NCBI GenBank assembly: GCA_947624105.1
Contig: CANQIX010000003.1
Location: 1-57,274, forward strand
Origin: an uncultured Clostridia bacterium
GTDB taxonomy: Bacteria; Bacillota; Clostridia; Christensenellales; UBA1242
Length of the DNA: 57,274 nucleotides
Direction of reading: 5' to 3'
A model generated the notes under the pieces. It saw only the letters and a list, made by a program, of their open reading frames with translations, was not told where the DNA came from and made no database searches. The translations under genes were made by a program, and so were the position numbers. Positions 17,990 through 27,331 of the stretch are shown here, piece by piece (positions within the stretch are counted from its first letter, which is position 1; each line of letters starts with the position of its first letter).

Positions 17990-20146
17990 ATGGATATACA
18001 ACAACAATTATCAAGCGAATTTGGTCTTAGAATGGACTACACACAAAACATTATCAATCTTATCGATGAGGGAAACACAATCCCTTTCATTGCGAGATAT
18101 AGAAAGGAAATGCACGGTTCGTGCGATGACCAAGTGTTAAGAAATTTTGCAGACCGCTTGAAATATATAAGAAACTTGAACGAAGAAAAAGAGAAAGTTC
18201 AAAAGGTAATCACTGAGCAAGGCAAATGGACAGACGAACTTGCTGCCGCTCTTGACCAGGCGATGACACTTACCGAAGTTGAAGATATTTACAGACCATA
18301 TAAGCCTAAGCGTAAAACAAGAGCATCGGTTGCTATTGCAAAGGGACTTGAAGGACTTGCCGATGTTTTGCAGGCGCAGAGTAAGTCGTTCGTTTTAAAT
18401 GATGAGGCACAGAAGTATATCACCGAGGAAGTTCCAACGATAGAAGAGGCAATCCAAGGGGCGAAAGACATCGTTGCAGAGCGCATATCTGACAGCGCAG
18501 AACTTAGAAAGGAACTTAGAGAAATTATCTCCGAAAAGGGATTTATCGTTTGCTCGTTGCTTGAAAATGAAAACAATTTGACATACGAAACATATTCAAA
18601 CTTTAAGCAAGAGCTTAAAAATCTTCCAAGCCACAGAATTTTGGCAATAAATCGCGGAGAAAAAGAAAAATGCTTAAAGGTTGACATAACAATAGAAGAA
18701 AAACTTGTTTTTGACGTTATCAACAGATACTTCAAAAAGAACAATCCAGACACCGATGCTGTTATGGAAGAGGTTATAAGAGATAGTTATGATCGTTTGC
18801 TCTTCCCATCTCTTGAAAGAGAATGCAGAAACAGCCTTACAGATGTTGCAAACGAGCAAGCAATCAAAATGTTTGAAGTTAACCTCAAACCTCTTCTTAT
18901 GGAAGCACCACTTAAAAACAACATCATTTTAGGCTTCGACCCAGCATATAGAACGGGTTGCAAGATTGCTGTTATCGACAAGAACGGGGCTGTGCTAGAC
19001 ACAACAGTTGTTTATCCAACTCCACCACAATCCAAAACGGAAGAAAGTATCGAAAAACTTACTGCACTTATCGAAAAGGATAAAGTTGACATAATCTCTA
19101 TTGGAAACGGAACGGCATCAAAGGAATCTGAAATATTTGTTTCGGAACTTATAAAGCACTGCTCTAGACCGGTAAGTTATGCAGTTGTAAGCGAAGCAGG
19201 GGCATCAGTTTATTCGGCATCAAAACTTGGTGCGGAGGAATTTCCAGACTTTGATGTTTCGCTGCGTTCGGCAGTTTCGATTGCAAGACGTCTTCAAGAC
19301 CCTCTTGCTGAACTTATTAAGATTGATGTTAAGTCGATTGGCGTAGGGCAATATCAACACGATATGCCACAGAACAGACTTAGCGAAGTTTTAAACGGCG
19401 TTGTTGAAGATTGTGTAAACAGCGTTGGAGTTGACCTCAACACAGCATCTCCAAGTCTGCTTTCTTACGTGTCTGGGCTTAATATGAGCATCGCTAAAAA
19501 TATCGTTGCATATCGAACAAAAATTAAAGGATTTAAGAACAGAGAGGAACTCTTGTCAGTTCCAAAACTTGGACCAAAAGCATACGAGCAGTGTGCAGGC
19601 TTCTTGCGTGTTGTTGGCGGAGAAAATATCTTAGATAACACCGCTGTTCACCCAGAAAGTTACGATGCCACACGCAAACTTTTGAAACTTTTTGATATGT
19701 CTGAAGAAGATGTTAAGAACAACAACCTTACACTCCTTCCAAAACTTATCGAAAAGGCAGGAGAGGCAAAGGTTGCAGAAAAATGTGGGGTTGGAGTTCC
19801 AACTCTTGCGGATATCACTGCCGAACTTCAAAGACCAGGACGCGACGTGCGTGAAAGTATGCCAAAGCCAGTTTTAAGAAGTGATGTTATTCATCTTGAA
19901 GATTTGAAAGAGGGAATGACATTCTCTGGCGTTGTTCGTAACGTTGTTGACTTTGGTGCGTTTGTGGATATTGGTGTGCATCAAGATGGACTTGTGCATA
20001 TATCACAACTATCTGACCAATACGTAAAGCACCCAAGTGAAGTTGTTAAGGTGGGCGACCGCGTAGATGTAAAAGTTTTGTCAGTTGACGTAAACAAAAA
20101 GCGTATTTCTCTTACTATGAAAGGTTTGGAAAAGGCGGAAGAATAA
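17990..20146 (+). CDS. tex: Tex-family RNA-binding transcriptional accessory protein
   Basis: GNTIPFIARYRKE, DPAYRTGCK, SEAGASVYSAS, GVGQYQHD, C-terminal S1 domain. Confidence 0.95.
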   Translation: MDIQQQLSSEFGLRMDYTQNIINLIDEGNTIPFIARYRKEMHGSCDDQVLRNFADRLKYIRNLNEEKEKVQKVITEQGKWTDELAAALDQAMTLTEVEDIYRPYKPKRKTRASVAIAKGLEGLADVLQAQSKSFVLNDEAQKYITEEVPTIEEAIQGAKDIVAERISDSAELRKELREIISEKGFIVCSLLENENNLTYETYSNFKQELKNLPSHRILAINRGEKEKCLKVDITIEEKLVFDVINRYFKKNNPDTDAVMEEVIRDSYDRLLFPSLERECRNSLTDVANEQAIKMFEVNLKPLLMEAPLKNNIILGFDPAYRTGCKIAVIDKNGAVLDTTVVYPTPPQSKTEESIEKLTALIEKDKVDIISIGNGTASKESEIFVSELIKHCSRPVSYAVVSEAGASVYSASKLGAEEFPDFDVSLRSAVSIARRLQDPLAELIKIDVKSIGVGQYQHDMPQNRLSEVLNGVVEDCVNSVGVDLNTASPSLLSYVSGLNMSIAKNIVAYRTKIKGFKNREELLSVPKLGPKAYEQCAGFLRVVGGENILDNTAVHPESYDATRKLLKLFDMSEEDVKNNNLTLLPKLIEKAGEAKVAEKCGVGVPTLADITAELQRPGRDVRESMPKPVLRSDVIHLEDLKEGMTFSGVVRNVVDFGAFVDIGVHQDGLVHISQLSDQYVKHPSEVVKVGDRVDVKVLSVDVNKKRISLTMKGLEKAEE

Positions 20147-20292
20147 TGACAAGATGTCCAAAATGTAACACAAGCGTTGACGAGATTTTGGAAAGCGGAT
20201 TTGTAGGCTGCGAAAAGTGCTATGAGATTCCAGAGATTCGCGATGCTGTTAAAAAAATGTATAAAGGGAAGAAGCATAAAGAAACACTATGA
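20146..20292 (+). CDS. mcsA: Minimal McsA-like zinc-binding protein (48 aa, not in ORF track)
   Basis: MTRCPKCNTSVDEILESGFVGCEKCYEIPEIRDAVKKMYKGKKHKETL*; CxxC...GxxGCxxCY of the McsA second Zn site; ATG overlaps the tex stop and TGA overlaps the mcsB start. Confidence 0.8.
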   Translation: MTRCPKCNTSVDEILESGFVGCEKCYEIPEIRDAVKKMYKGKKHKETL

Positions 20293-21290
20293 ACGAATTT
20301 GAAAAAGTAGCAATTTCTTCAAGAATTCGATTAGCACGTAATCTTAGCGGCTTTAATTTCTTTACGAAGTTAAATGAGCAAGATGCTGAGTATATTGTTT
20401 CCACGATCTCCGATATCCTTAAAAATTTTGGGCAAATTGACATAATTAAGTTAAAAAATTTATCTCTAAACGAGTGCAATTCTCTTTTAGAGCGACACAT
20501 AATCAGCAAAGAACTCATCGAAAACAAAGACATCTCTGCCTTTGCAATAAGCGAAGACGAGCATCTTATTGTTATGATGAATGAAGAGGACCATATAAGG
20601 CTACAATGTATATATGATGGCCTAAATTTATATCGCCCTTATCGAAGAATCAAAGAGGTTGACGAGAGAATACTCAGCGAGGTTGACATAGCGTATAACG
20701 ATGAGTTCGGCTTTATCACGTCAAGCCCTTCAAATTTAGGCACTGGTATGAGGGCGTCTGTTATGTTGTTCTTGCCGGCGATTGAAAGGCGAGGGGAGTT
20801 TGACTTTGTTAAAAAGGAACTACTTTCAAAGGGGTTTACTCTGCGAGGACTCTATGGAGAGGGAAGCGGAGAATATGGCGGATTCTATCAAATCTCCAAT
20901 CAAAATTCTTTGGGCGAAAACGAAAAAGAGATATTAGATAAGGTGCTTGACGAAGTTTACGGCATCTGCGAGATGGAAATATCCGCGCGTGAAGATTTGC
21001 TTGCAACCGACCATCTAAAACTTAAGGACGAGATCTTTAGGGCGTATGGCGTGCTTAAGGAGTGTGCAAGTATCTCTGATGCGGAGATGATTAAACTACT
21101 TTCGCTCATCAAATTTGGCGGTGCGCTCGGCTTTTTTGAAATAAAAGAGCGTGAATTTGAACGACTTTTTACAGAAGGTTCTTCTGCAAACCTAAAAGAA
21201 TTAAATAATTTTGATACGCGAGAGGAAAACATAATAAGAGCGGAGTATATAAATAGGAAGATTAGAGATTGCGTTTCTAAGGGGGTGTAG
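20289..21290 (+). CDS. mcsB: Protein arginine kinase McsB (ATP:guanido phosphotransferase)
   Basis: SSRIRLARN, NEEDHIR, NLGTGMRAS, RGLYGEGS, YQISNQ; directly upstream of clpC. Confidence 0.92.
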   Translation: MNEFEKVAISSRIRLARNLSGFNFFTKLNEQDAEYIVSTISDILKNFGQIDIIKLKNLSLNECNSLLERHIISKELIENKDISAFAISEDEHLIVMMNEEDHIRLQCIYDGLNLYRPYRRIKEVDERILSEVDIAYNDEFGFITSSPSNLGTGMRASVMLFLPAIERRGEFDFVKKELLSKGFTLRGLYGEGSGEYGGFYQISNQNSLGENEKEILDKVLDEVYGICEMEISAREDLLATDHLKLKDEIFRAYGVLKECASISDAEMIKLLSLIKFGGALGFFEIKEREFERLFTEGSSANLKELNNFDTREENIIRAEYINRKIRDCVSKGV

Positions 21291-21292
21291 AA

Positions 21293-23710
21293 ATGGATTA
21301 TAACAACAATATTCAATTTTCTGACAACATAGAAAAAGTTATCAAAAATGCCAGCAAAATAGCGTTGCGTTTTGGCAGTCAACTTGTTGGAACGGAACAT
21401 ATACTTTATGGCATTGTAAGTGTTACAGACTGCCTTTCGGCACAACTTTTAAGGGAGTATGGCGTAACGGAGAGTGAACTGTTTGATTTGTTTGAGCAGT
21501 CATTTTCGGGAATCTCTCTGTTTGGAAATGTCGAACTAACTCCTCGCACAAAGGAACTTTTTAAGCAGGCACAACAGACTGCCATTCAATTTAACCATTC
21601 GTTTATTGGAACGGAACATCTTTTGCTTACGATTCTTTCGAACAAATCGTGCTATGCAACAAAGATTCTTTCGGGGTTTTTCAATGTCGATGTCGACGAA
21701 CTGAGAAACAAACTTATGTCTAATATGCAAACTCCGGCAGCATCTGCTCAGGCCGACAAAAACAAGCAGGCGGGCAGCACCTTGCCAGAAAAGTTGCTTG
21801 AAATGGGAAGTGATATCACTCTTAAAGCAAGACAACATAAACTTGACCCAGTTATTGGCAGAGAGGAAGAAATCCAAAGAATCGTTGAAATTTTGTGTAG
21901 AAAAACTAAAAATAATCCAGTGCTAATTGGTGAAGCGGGCGTTGGTAAGACGGCTGTTGTTGAAGGACTTGCACAGGCGATTGTTGCAGGCGATGTTCCA
22001 GAGGAACTTAAAGACAAAATTGTCTACTCGCTTGAGATTGGCGGACTTATGGCAGGCACAAAATATCGTGGGCAGATGGAAGAAAAATTAAAAGATGTTA
22101 TTGAAACGATTATTCAAAGCAAAAACATCATTGTTTTCATCGATGAAATTCACACACTTGCACAAGCAGGCAGTGAGAAGGGAGAAACAAGCCCATCGGA
22201 TATGCTTAAACCATATCTTGCTCGTGGCGAACTGCAAACAATCGGCGCAACAACAACTGACGAATATCGCAAGTTTATCGAAAAAGATAGGGCACTAGAA
22301 CGTAGATTCCAGCCGGTTATGGTAAATCCACCATCTGTCGAGCAAACTATTGAGATATTAAAGGGCTTAAAGGATACTTACGAGGCATACCACAAGATTA
22401 TCATAACAGACGAGGCAATTGAGGCGGCTGCCAACCTTTCGGACAGATACATTATGGATAGAAGTCTGCCAGATAAGGCGATTGACCTTATCGATGAGGC
22501 TTGTTCGCGTGCAAAGGTAAATTTTACTCTTAAGCCACAAAAAGTGAGAGAATTAGAGGAAAAAATTAGAGTTTTGTCTGCAAACAGAGATGAGGCATCT
22601 ATTCAACGTTACTATGAAAAAGCGGCAAAAATGCAGTCGGAAATTGTTAAACTTGAAGAAGAATTGAACAAATTTCAAGTTACAAAGAAGGCGTCAACCG
22701 GGCAAATTGGCGCAAACGAAATTGCCGAAGTTGTTGCAAAGTGGACGGGCATTCCAGTAACAAAAATCACAGAGGGAGAGAAAGAAAAACTTATTCACCT
22801 CGAAGAGATATTGCATAAGCGTGTTATTGGACAATCGCAAGCAGTTGATGCCGTTTCTAAGGCTATTAGAAGGGCAAGAGTTGGACTTCAAGACAGCAAG
22901 CGCCCAATCGGGTCGTTCTTGTTTATGGGACCTACCGGCGTAGGGAAGACCGAACTTTCTAAGGCTATTGCGGAGGCGATGTTTGACAACGAAAACAACA
23001 TCATAAGAATCGATATGAGTGAATATATGGAAGGGCACACCGTGTCAAAACTTATCGGTTCTCCTCCAGGATATGTTGGATTTGACGATGGTGGTCAACT
23101 TACCGAGCAGGTAAGACGCAAACCTTACAGTGTTGTTCTTTTCGATGAGATTGAAAAGGCGCATCCAGACGTTTTAAATGCACTCTTGCAGATTCTTGAT
23201 GATGGAAGGCTTACCGACAGCAGAGGTAGAACGGTTAGTTTTAAAAACACTATCATAATTATGACCAGCAACATCGGGGCAAATGAAATCAAACAGCACA
23301 AAAAACTCGGTTTTGGCGATGCTGAAGAGGAAAGACGCAGCGAAAAAGAAATATATATGGATTCTCTTAAACGCCGCTTTAAGCCAGAACTTATCAACCG
23401 TATTGATGTTATCTGCATATTTGAACCTCTGTCAAAACAGAACCTTGTCGATATCACAAATGTTATGTTAAATAATGTTTGCAAGCGTCTTTCTGCAAAG
23501 GGAATAAACCTTGAAATTGGCGACGACGTGATTGAATATATCGTGGGCAAAGGCTCTAACTTAGAATATGGCGCAAGACCTCTTAGAAGATTTATCGAGC
23601 AAGAAATTGAAGATAAGATTGCAGAGAAGTTGCTGCTTGGAGAATTAGATGACCACGGAACAATTTCCATTACCTTGAAAAATAACGAACTATATTTTGA
23701 AATGGTATAA
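21293..23710 (+). CDS. clpC: ATP-dependent Clp protease ATP-binding subunit ClpC
   Basis: Double Clp-N repeat (GTEH), two AAA modules (GEAGVGKT, GPTGVGKT), M-domain, LGF ClpP-docking loop. Confidence 0.96.
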   Translation: MDYNNNIQFSDNIEKVIKNASKIALRFGSQLVGTEHILYGIVSVTDCLSAQLLREYGVTESELFDLFEQSFSGISLFGNVELTPRTKELFKQAQQTAIQFNHSFIGTEHLLLTILSNKSCYATKILSGFFNVDVDELRNKLMSNMQTPAASAQADKNKQAGSTLPEKLLEMGSDITLKARQHKLDPVIGREEEIQRIVEILCRKTKNNPVLIGEAGVGKTAVVEGLAQAIVAGDVPEELKDKIVYSLEIGGLMAGTKYRGQMEEKLKDVIETIIQSKNIIVFIDEIHTLAQAGSEKGETSPSDMLKPYLARGELQTIGATTTDEYRKFIEKDRALERRFQPVMVNPPSVEQTIEILKGLKDTYEAYHKIIITDEAIEAAANLSDRYIMDRSLPDKAIDLIDEACSRAKVNFTLKPQKVRELEEKIRVLSANRDEASIQRYYEKAAKMQSEIVKLEEELNKFQVTKKASTGQIGANEIAEVVAKWTGIPVTKITEGEKEKLIHLEEILHKRVIGQSQAVDAVSKAIRRARVGLQDSKRPIGSFLFMGPTGVGKTELSKAIAEAMFDNENNIIRIDMSEYMEGHTVSKLIGSPPGYVGFDDGGQLTEQVRRKPYSVVLFDEIEKAHPDVLNALLQILDDGRLTDSRGRTVSFKNTIIIMTSNIGANEIKQHKKLGFGDAEEERRSEKEIYMDSLKRRFKPELINRIDVICIFEPLSKQNLVDITNVMLNNVCKRLSAKGINLEIGDDVIEYIVGKGSNLEYGARPLRRFIEQEIEDKIAEKLLLGELDDHGTISITLKNNELYFEMV

Positions 23711-23767
23711 ATTTGTTTGGAAGTTTTTAACGATTTTGATATAATAAATCTTGATAAGGAGATGTAT

Positions 23768-24295
23768 ATGAAAATTAAATTCACAGAGAAAAAATATAAA
23801 ATTAGCGATAAATTAAAGCAAATTATCACATCAAAACTCTCAAAATTAGAGAAATATTTTGATGAAGATGTTTCTGCAACAGTAGTTTGCAGCGAACAAA
23901 ACAAAATTCAAAAACTTGAAATCACCGTTCTTGGTAAAGGAGCAATGTATCGTTCCGAAGTAAGCAGCGGAAATATGTATGACAACATCGACCTTGCACT
24001 TCCAAAACTTGAACGCCAAGTTGTTAGAGTGGGGCAGAAACGTGTTGACAGAAGAAAGCGCGCTCCAGTTAATCTTGGATTTGAATTTATCGAAGAATTG
24101 CCAGAAAAGAAACTTCCAGGAATCTACAGAAGAAAATCTGTTGACCTTGAACCAATCACAGTTGAAGAGGCAAAAGATGCCATTGAAAGACTTGACCATT
24201 CGTTCTTCATTTTCTACAACAAAGACACCGACAAGATAAACGTGCTTTACCGCAGAAATGAAGCAGGTTATGGACTTATCGAAGTAAACTACTAA
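23768..24295 (+). CDS. hpf: Ribosome hibernation promoting factor (long HPF)
   Basis: KLSKLEKYF, MYDNIDLALPKLERQ, C-terminal FFIFYN...INVLYRR...YGLIE; AAGGAG RBS. Confidence 0.9.
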   Translation: MKIKFTEKKYKISDKLKQIITSKLSKLEKYFDEDVSATVVCSEQNKIQKLEITVLGKGAMYRSEVSSGNMYDNIDLALPKLERQVVRVGQKRVDRRKRAPVNLGFEFIEELPEKKLPGIYRRKSVDLEPITVEEAKDAIERLDHSFFIFYNKDTDKINVLYRRNEAGYGLIEVNY

Positions 24296-24304
24296 TAAAA
24301 ATAC

Positions 24305-24331
24305 AAAAACCTATCGAAAGATAGGTTTTTT
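24305..24331 (+). terminator. Intrinsic terminator
   Basis: aaaaacctatc-gaaa-gataggtttttt. Confidence 0.8.
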
Positions 24332-24368
24332 CATACATAAAACACAAAATTTTTCACAAAATAGTGCT

Positions 24369-24863
24369 ATGAAAAAGTTAATTCCACTTTTGTTAGTTTT
24401 TGCCGTTTTGCTTGCTAGTTGCAATGGGCCGGTTATGGCGGCACATCTAAGTGAGGGCACGCAGGCACTAAGCAGTCAATACGTTGTTCGAGTTGTAACA
24501 GACAAAGACGATCGATTTAAAGATAAAGGCGTTGATGTGCAAGTTATGTCGTCTAAGCCGGTGAACTTAAACATCGCCGAAGAGGGAGAAGATGCAGTTG
24601 AAATTTGCATAGAAGAGGCAGATGTTTGGTATAACTTGACTGTTTTGCTAGCAGATGCCAACCAAAAGAGCGGACAAGAAACATACGTCAAGTTTGAAGA
24701 ATATGGCAGTAGAAACTTTATATTTACAACCGAAGAGGAGTGCTGTTTAAAGTTTAGGGCAGTTGCCGGAAATATAACAGAAAATCAAGATAAAACAGGA
24801 CAAATTTTAACATCTAGTGAAGAAATTTCAAACGAACTTGAAATAAAAACAAAATCTAAATAA
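24369..24863 (+). CDS. Hypothetical lipoprotein
   Basis: 164 aa, signal peptide with lipobox LASC. Confidence 0.7.
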   Translation: MKKLIPLLLVFAVLLASCNGPVMAAHLSEGTQALSSQYVVRVVTDKDDRFKDKGVDVQVMSSKPVNLNIAEEGEDAVEICIEEADVWYNLTVLLADANQKSGQETYVKFEEYGSRNFIFTTEEECCLKFRAVAGNITENQDKTGQILTSSEEISNELEIKTKSK

Positions 24864-24971
24864 AAATCTACGTAAAAGCATCGCCGCAAAAGTTTTTGAT
24901 TTTTGCTTAAAATGCTTTTATTTTTTTCGAATTTATAGTAAGATATTATTATATTTAGTTGGGAGATTGAT

Positions 24972-25616
24972 ATGTTATCTATTCAAAATTTGTCGCTGAA
25001 ATATACAAAAGAATATTACGCCTTAAACAAGATATCTTTCAAAGTTGACGCCGGCGAAAGTGTTGCAATTATGGGCGAGGAAAACAGCGGAAAAACCACC
25101 CTGCTTCGAGTTATTTGCAAACTTGAAGACTATGACAGTGGCGAAGTTTATATCAATAAGATTCCTCTTAAACGTGTAGATTTTAAAACGGACGTAAGTG
25201 TTGGCTATGTGCCATATTGCCCAGTATTTTTGGAAAATAAAACAGTTTACGAAAATTTTAAGTATATTCTTAAAAAGAAAGGCGAAAAACCAGCCGAGGC
25301 AGAAAAACTTATAAACAACGCAATCATTGAGTATTCGCTTGAAAAGATAAGAGATGAAAAAGTAAAGAATATTCGCAAAGAGGATAAATACATCTTGTCG
25401 CTAATTCGCCTTACCTTTAGGCCACTTGATTTGCTCCTTATCGACAACATCTTTGATGACATCTCTGATGTGTATGTTGAGGCGATAATCGACCTTATCA
25501 AGCACCTAAAAACACCTGAAACAACTCTTATTGTGGCTTGCACCAATCCAACTTATGCCGACAAAATCTGCAAGCGCAAGATATTCTTAGAAAACGGCGA
25601 GGTTGTTGAAGACTAA
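24972..25616 (+). CDS. Degenerate ABC-type ATP-binding protein (FtsE-like)
   Basis: Walker A GEENSGKTT, SGEVYI, KTVYEN; signature, catalytic Glu and H-loop are not conserved. Confidence 0.75.
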   Translation: MLSIQNLSLKYTKEYYALNKISFKVDAGESVAIMGEENSGKTTLLRVICKLEDYDSGEVYINKIPLKRVDFKTDVSVGYVPYCPVFLENKTVYENFKYILKKKGEKPAEAEKLINNAIIEYSLEKIRDEKVKNIRKEDKYILSLIRLTFRPLDLLLIDNIFDDISDVYVEAIIDLIKHLKTPETTLIVACTNPTYADKICKRKIFLENGEVVED

Positions 25617-25852
25617 TATTCGTCGATATGTTTTTGAAAAGTAGGAGGTTTTGCCTCCTCTTTTTTTTGTAAGTTTTGCATAACAGAAGCAAGAATCTCC
25701 GGAGAACTCTTCCCGCTGAGCAGCGAAAAAATGTTTTGTATGTCCTTGTTCTTTGCAAGTAGGGGCATAACAAGATTAAAAAGAGGATTTTGTGGCTTTG
25801 GCGATTCTCTACTGTTGGTGTTGATATCTTCTGGATAATACGGATTTTGCAT
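25613..25852 (-). CDS. Hypothetical protein
   Basis: 79 aa P/Q/N-rich ORF with GAGG upstream; fills the gap between genes. Confidence 0.55.
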   Translation of the reverse strand: MQNPYYPEDINTNSRESPKPQNPLFNLVMPLLAKNKDIQNIFSLLSGKSSPEILASVMQNLQKKEEAKPPTFQKHIDEY

Positions 25853-25929
25853 ATTTTTATATATACCTCAGAACAAAATATTGTGAAGTTTTTTAAATAA
25901 CTTCATATATTTTATATATGAGAGGGTGT

Positions 25930-26193
25930 ATGAAATTTAGTGAATTTGTAGACGAAAACAAGCAGCAAAACACTTCAAAAGAGGACTTTTCAAAAAGGTA
26001 TGAAGAACTTAAAGATTTAAGCGAAAATCAACTTATGGAAAGGCTACAGAGGGAGATTGCTCGGCAAAAGGAAAGTGGAGAGTTTAACTATGGAGCGCTG
26101 ATGGACAGTTTGGAAGTTGTTAAAAATTTTGTAAGTTACGAGCAGTATGAAAATATGAAAAAGATATTAAGTGGGCTAAATGAACAAAAATAA
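25930..26193 (+). CDS. Hypothetical protein
   Basis: 87 aa helical acidic ORF, AGAGGG RBS, overlaps the start of the protease. Confidence 0.65.
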   Translation: MKFSEFVDENKQQNTSKEDFSKRYEELKDLSENQLMERLQREIARQKESGEFNYGALMDSLEVVKNFVSYEQYENMKKILSGLNEQK

Positions 26194-27331
26194 AATTGAT
26201 GAAAGATTGCTAAAACAGGTTGCGTGTTTAAGCACAGATGCAATAGCGGAATGTCTTGTTTACTATGATGATAGAAAAAAATTAGAGAAACTTTTAAGTT
26301 TAAGTGGTGCTGAAAAAATGTATGATTATTCATTTATAAACGTCTTGCACTGCAAACTTAAGAGAGAAAATTTATACAAAATCGCAGAAGATAGTTCGGT
26401 GAAATACATATCATCAATAAGTTTTGCTTGCTGCCAGATGGACATTTCAAAGAGAATATTGAAAAGCAAAAATGTAAAACTAAGCGGGCAAGATGTTGGA
26501 GTTGCTTTTATCGACACAGGAGTGGGTGCACACTGTGATTTTTTGATAGGCGAAAATCGAATAAAAACCTTTAAAGATTTCATACAAAACAAAAAGAACT
26601 TTTATGACGACAATGGACACGGCACATTTGTTGCTGGCGTGTGTGCGGGAAATGGCGTTCTGTCAAAATTCAAATATAGTGGAATAGCGCCAAAAGCAAA
26701 TTTGCATATTCTTAAAGCGCTGAACAAAGATGGGGAGGCGACTGCCAACAAAATTTTGGACGCGATGGAGTGGGTGTATGACAATCACATAAAGGAGGGG
26801 ATAAAGGTTGTTTGTATGAGTTTTGGAAGTGAGCCGGTGGGAATAAATGACCCGATTATGCAAGGTGCAAATGCACTTTGGAGAGATGGTGTTGTTGTGA
26901 TTGCTGCGGCAGGAAACAGTGGCCCAAATTTTGGCACAATAAAATCTCCGGGCATAAGCGCGGAGATAATCACAGTGGGTGGATTTGACGACAATCGTTT
27001 CGACAGAAATTCTTACAACAAAAACTTTTTTGAAATGGCAAACTTTTCCTCTCGTGGACCAGTATTTTCCTATACCAAGCCCGACTTAATTGCGCCAAGT
27101 GTCGAAATCAAGTCGTGCGGAACAGACACCTTTTACACAAGACTCAGCGGAACGAGTGTGGCAACACCTATGATCGCCGGAGTGGTGTGTTTGATGCTAG
27201 AAAAGAATCAAAATCTTCTTCCAAAGCAGATTAAACAAAAACTGCTTATGGGCTGTATGAGTTTGGGTTTTGATTTAAACAGCGAAGGATATGGCTTCCC
27301 AGACGTCGAAAAAATATTATCAAGTATTTAG
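26180..27331 (+). CDS. S8 family subtilase (AprX-like, no signal peptide)
   Basis: Catalytic triad motifs IDTG, NGHGTFVAG, SGTSVATP; AAAGNSG. Confidence 0.92.
   Translation: MNKNKIDERLLKQVACLSTDAIAECLVYYDDRKKLEKLLSLSGAEKMYDYSFINVLHCKLKRENLYKIAEDSSVKYISSISFACCQMDISKRILKSKNVKLSGQDVGVAFIDTGVGAHCDFLIGENRIKTFKDFIQNKKNFYDDNGHGTFVAGVCAGNGVLSKFKYSGIAPKANLHILKALNKDGEATANKILDAMEWVYDNHIKEGIKVVCMSFGSEPVGINDPIMQGANALWRDGVVVIAAAGNSGPNFGTIKSPGISAEIITVGGFDDNRFDRNSYNKNFFEMANFSSRGPVFSYTKPDLIAPSVEIKSCGTDTFYTRLSGTSVATPMIAGVVCLMLEKNQNLLPKQIKQKLLMGCMSLGFDLNSEGYGFPDVEKILSSI

Noticed and set aside
23125-23904. 259-aa antisense ORF and other long shadow ORFs (e.g. 2580-3197, 8771-9310, 50259-50738)
   Set aside because: They lie antisense to well-supported genes and have the S/F/L-rich composition typical of shadow frames.
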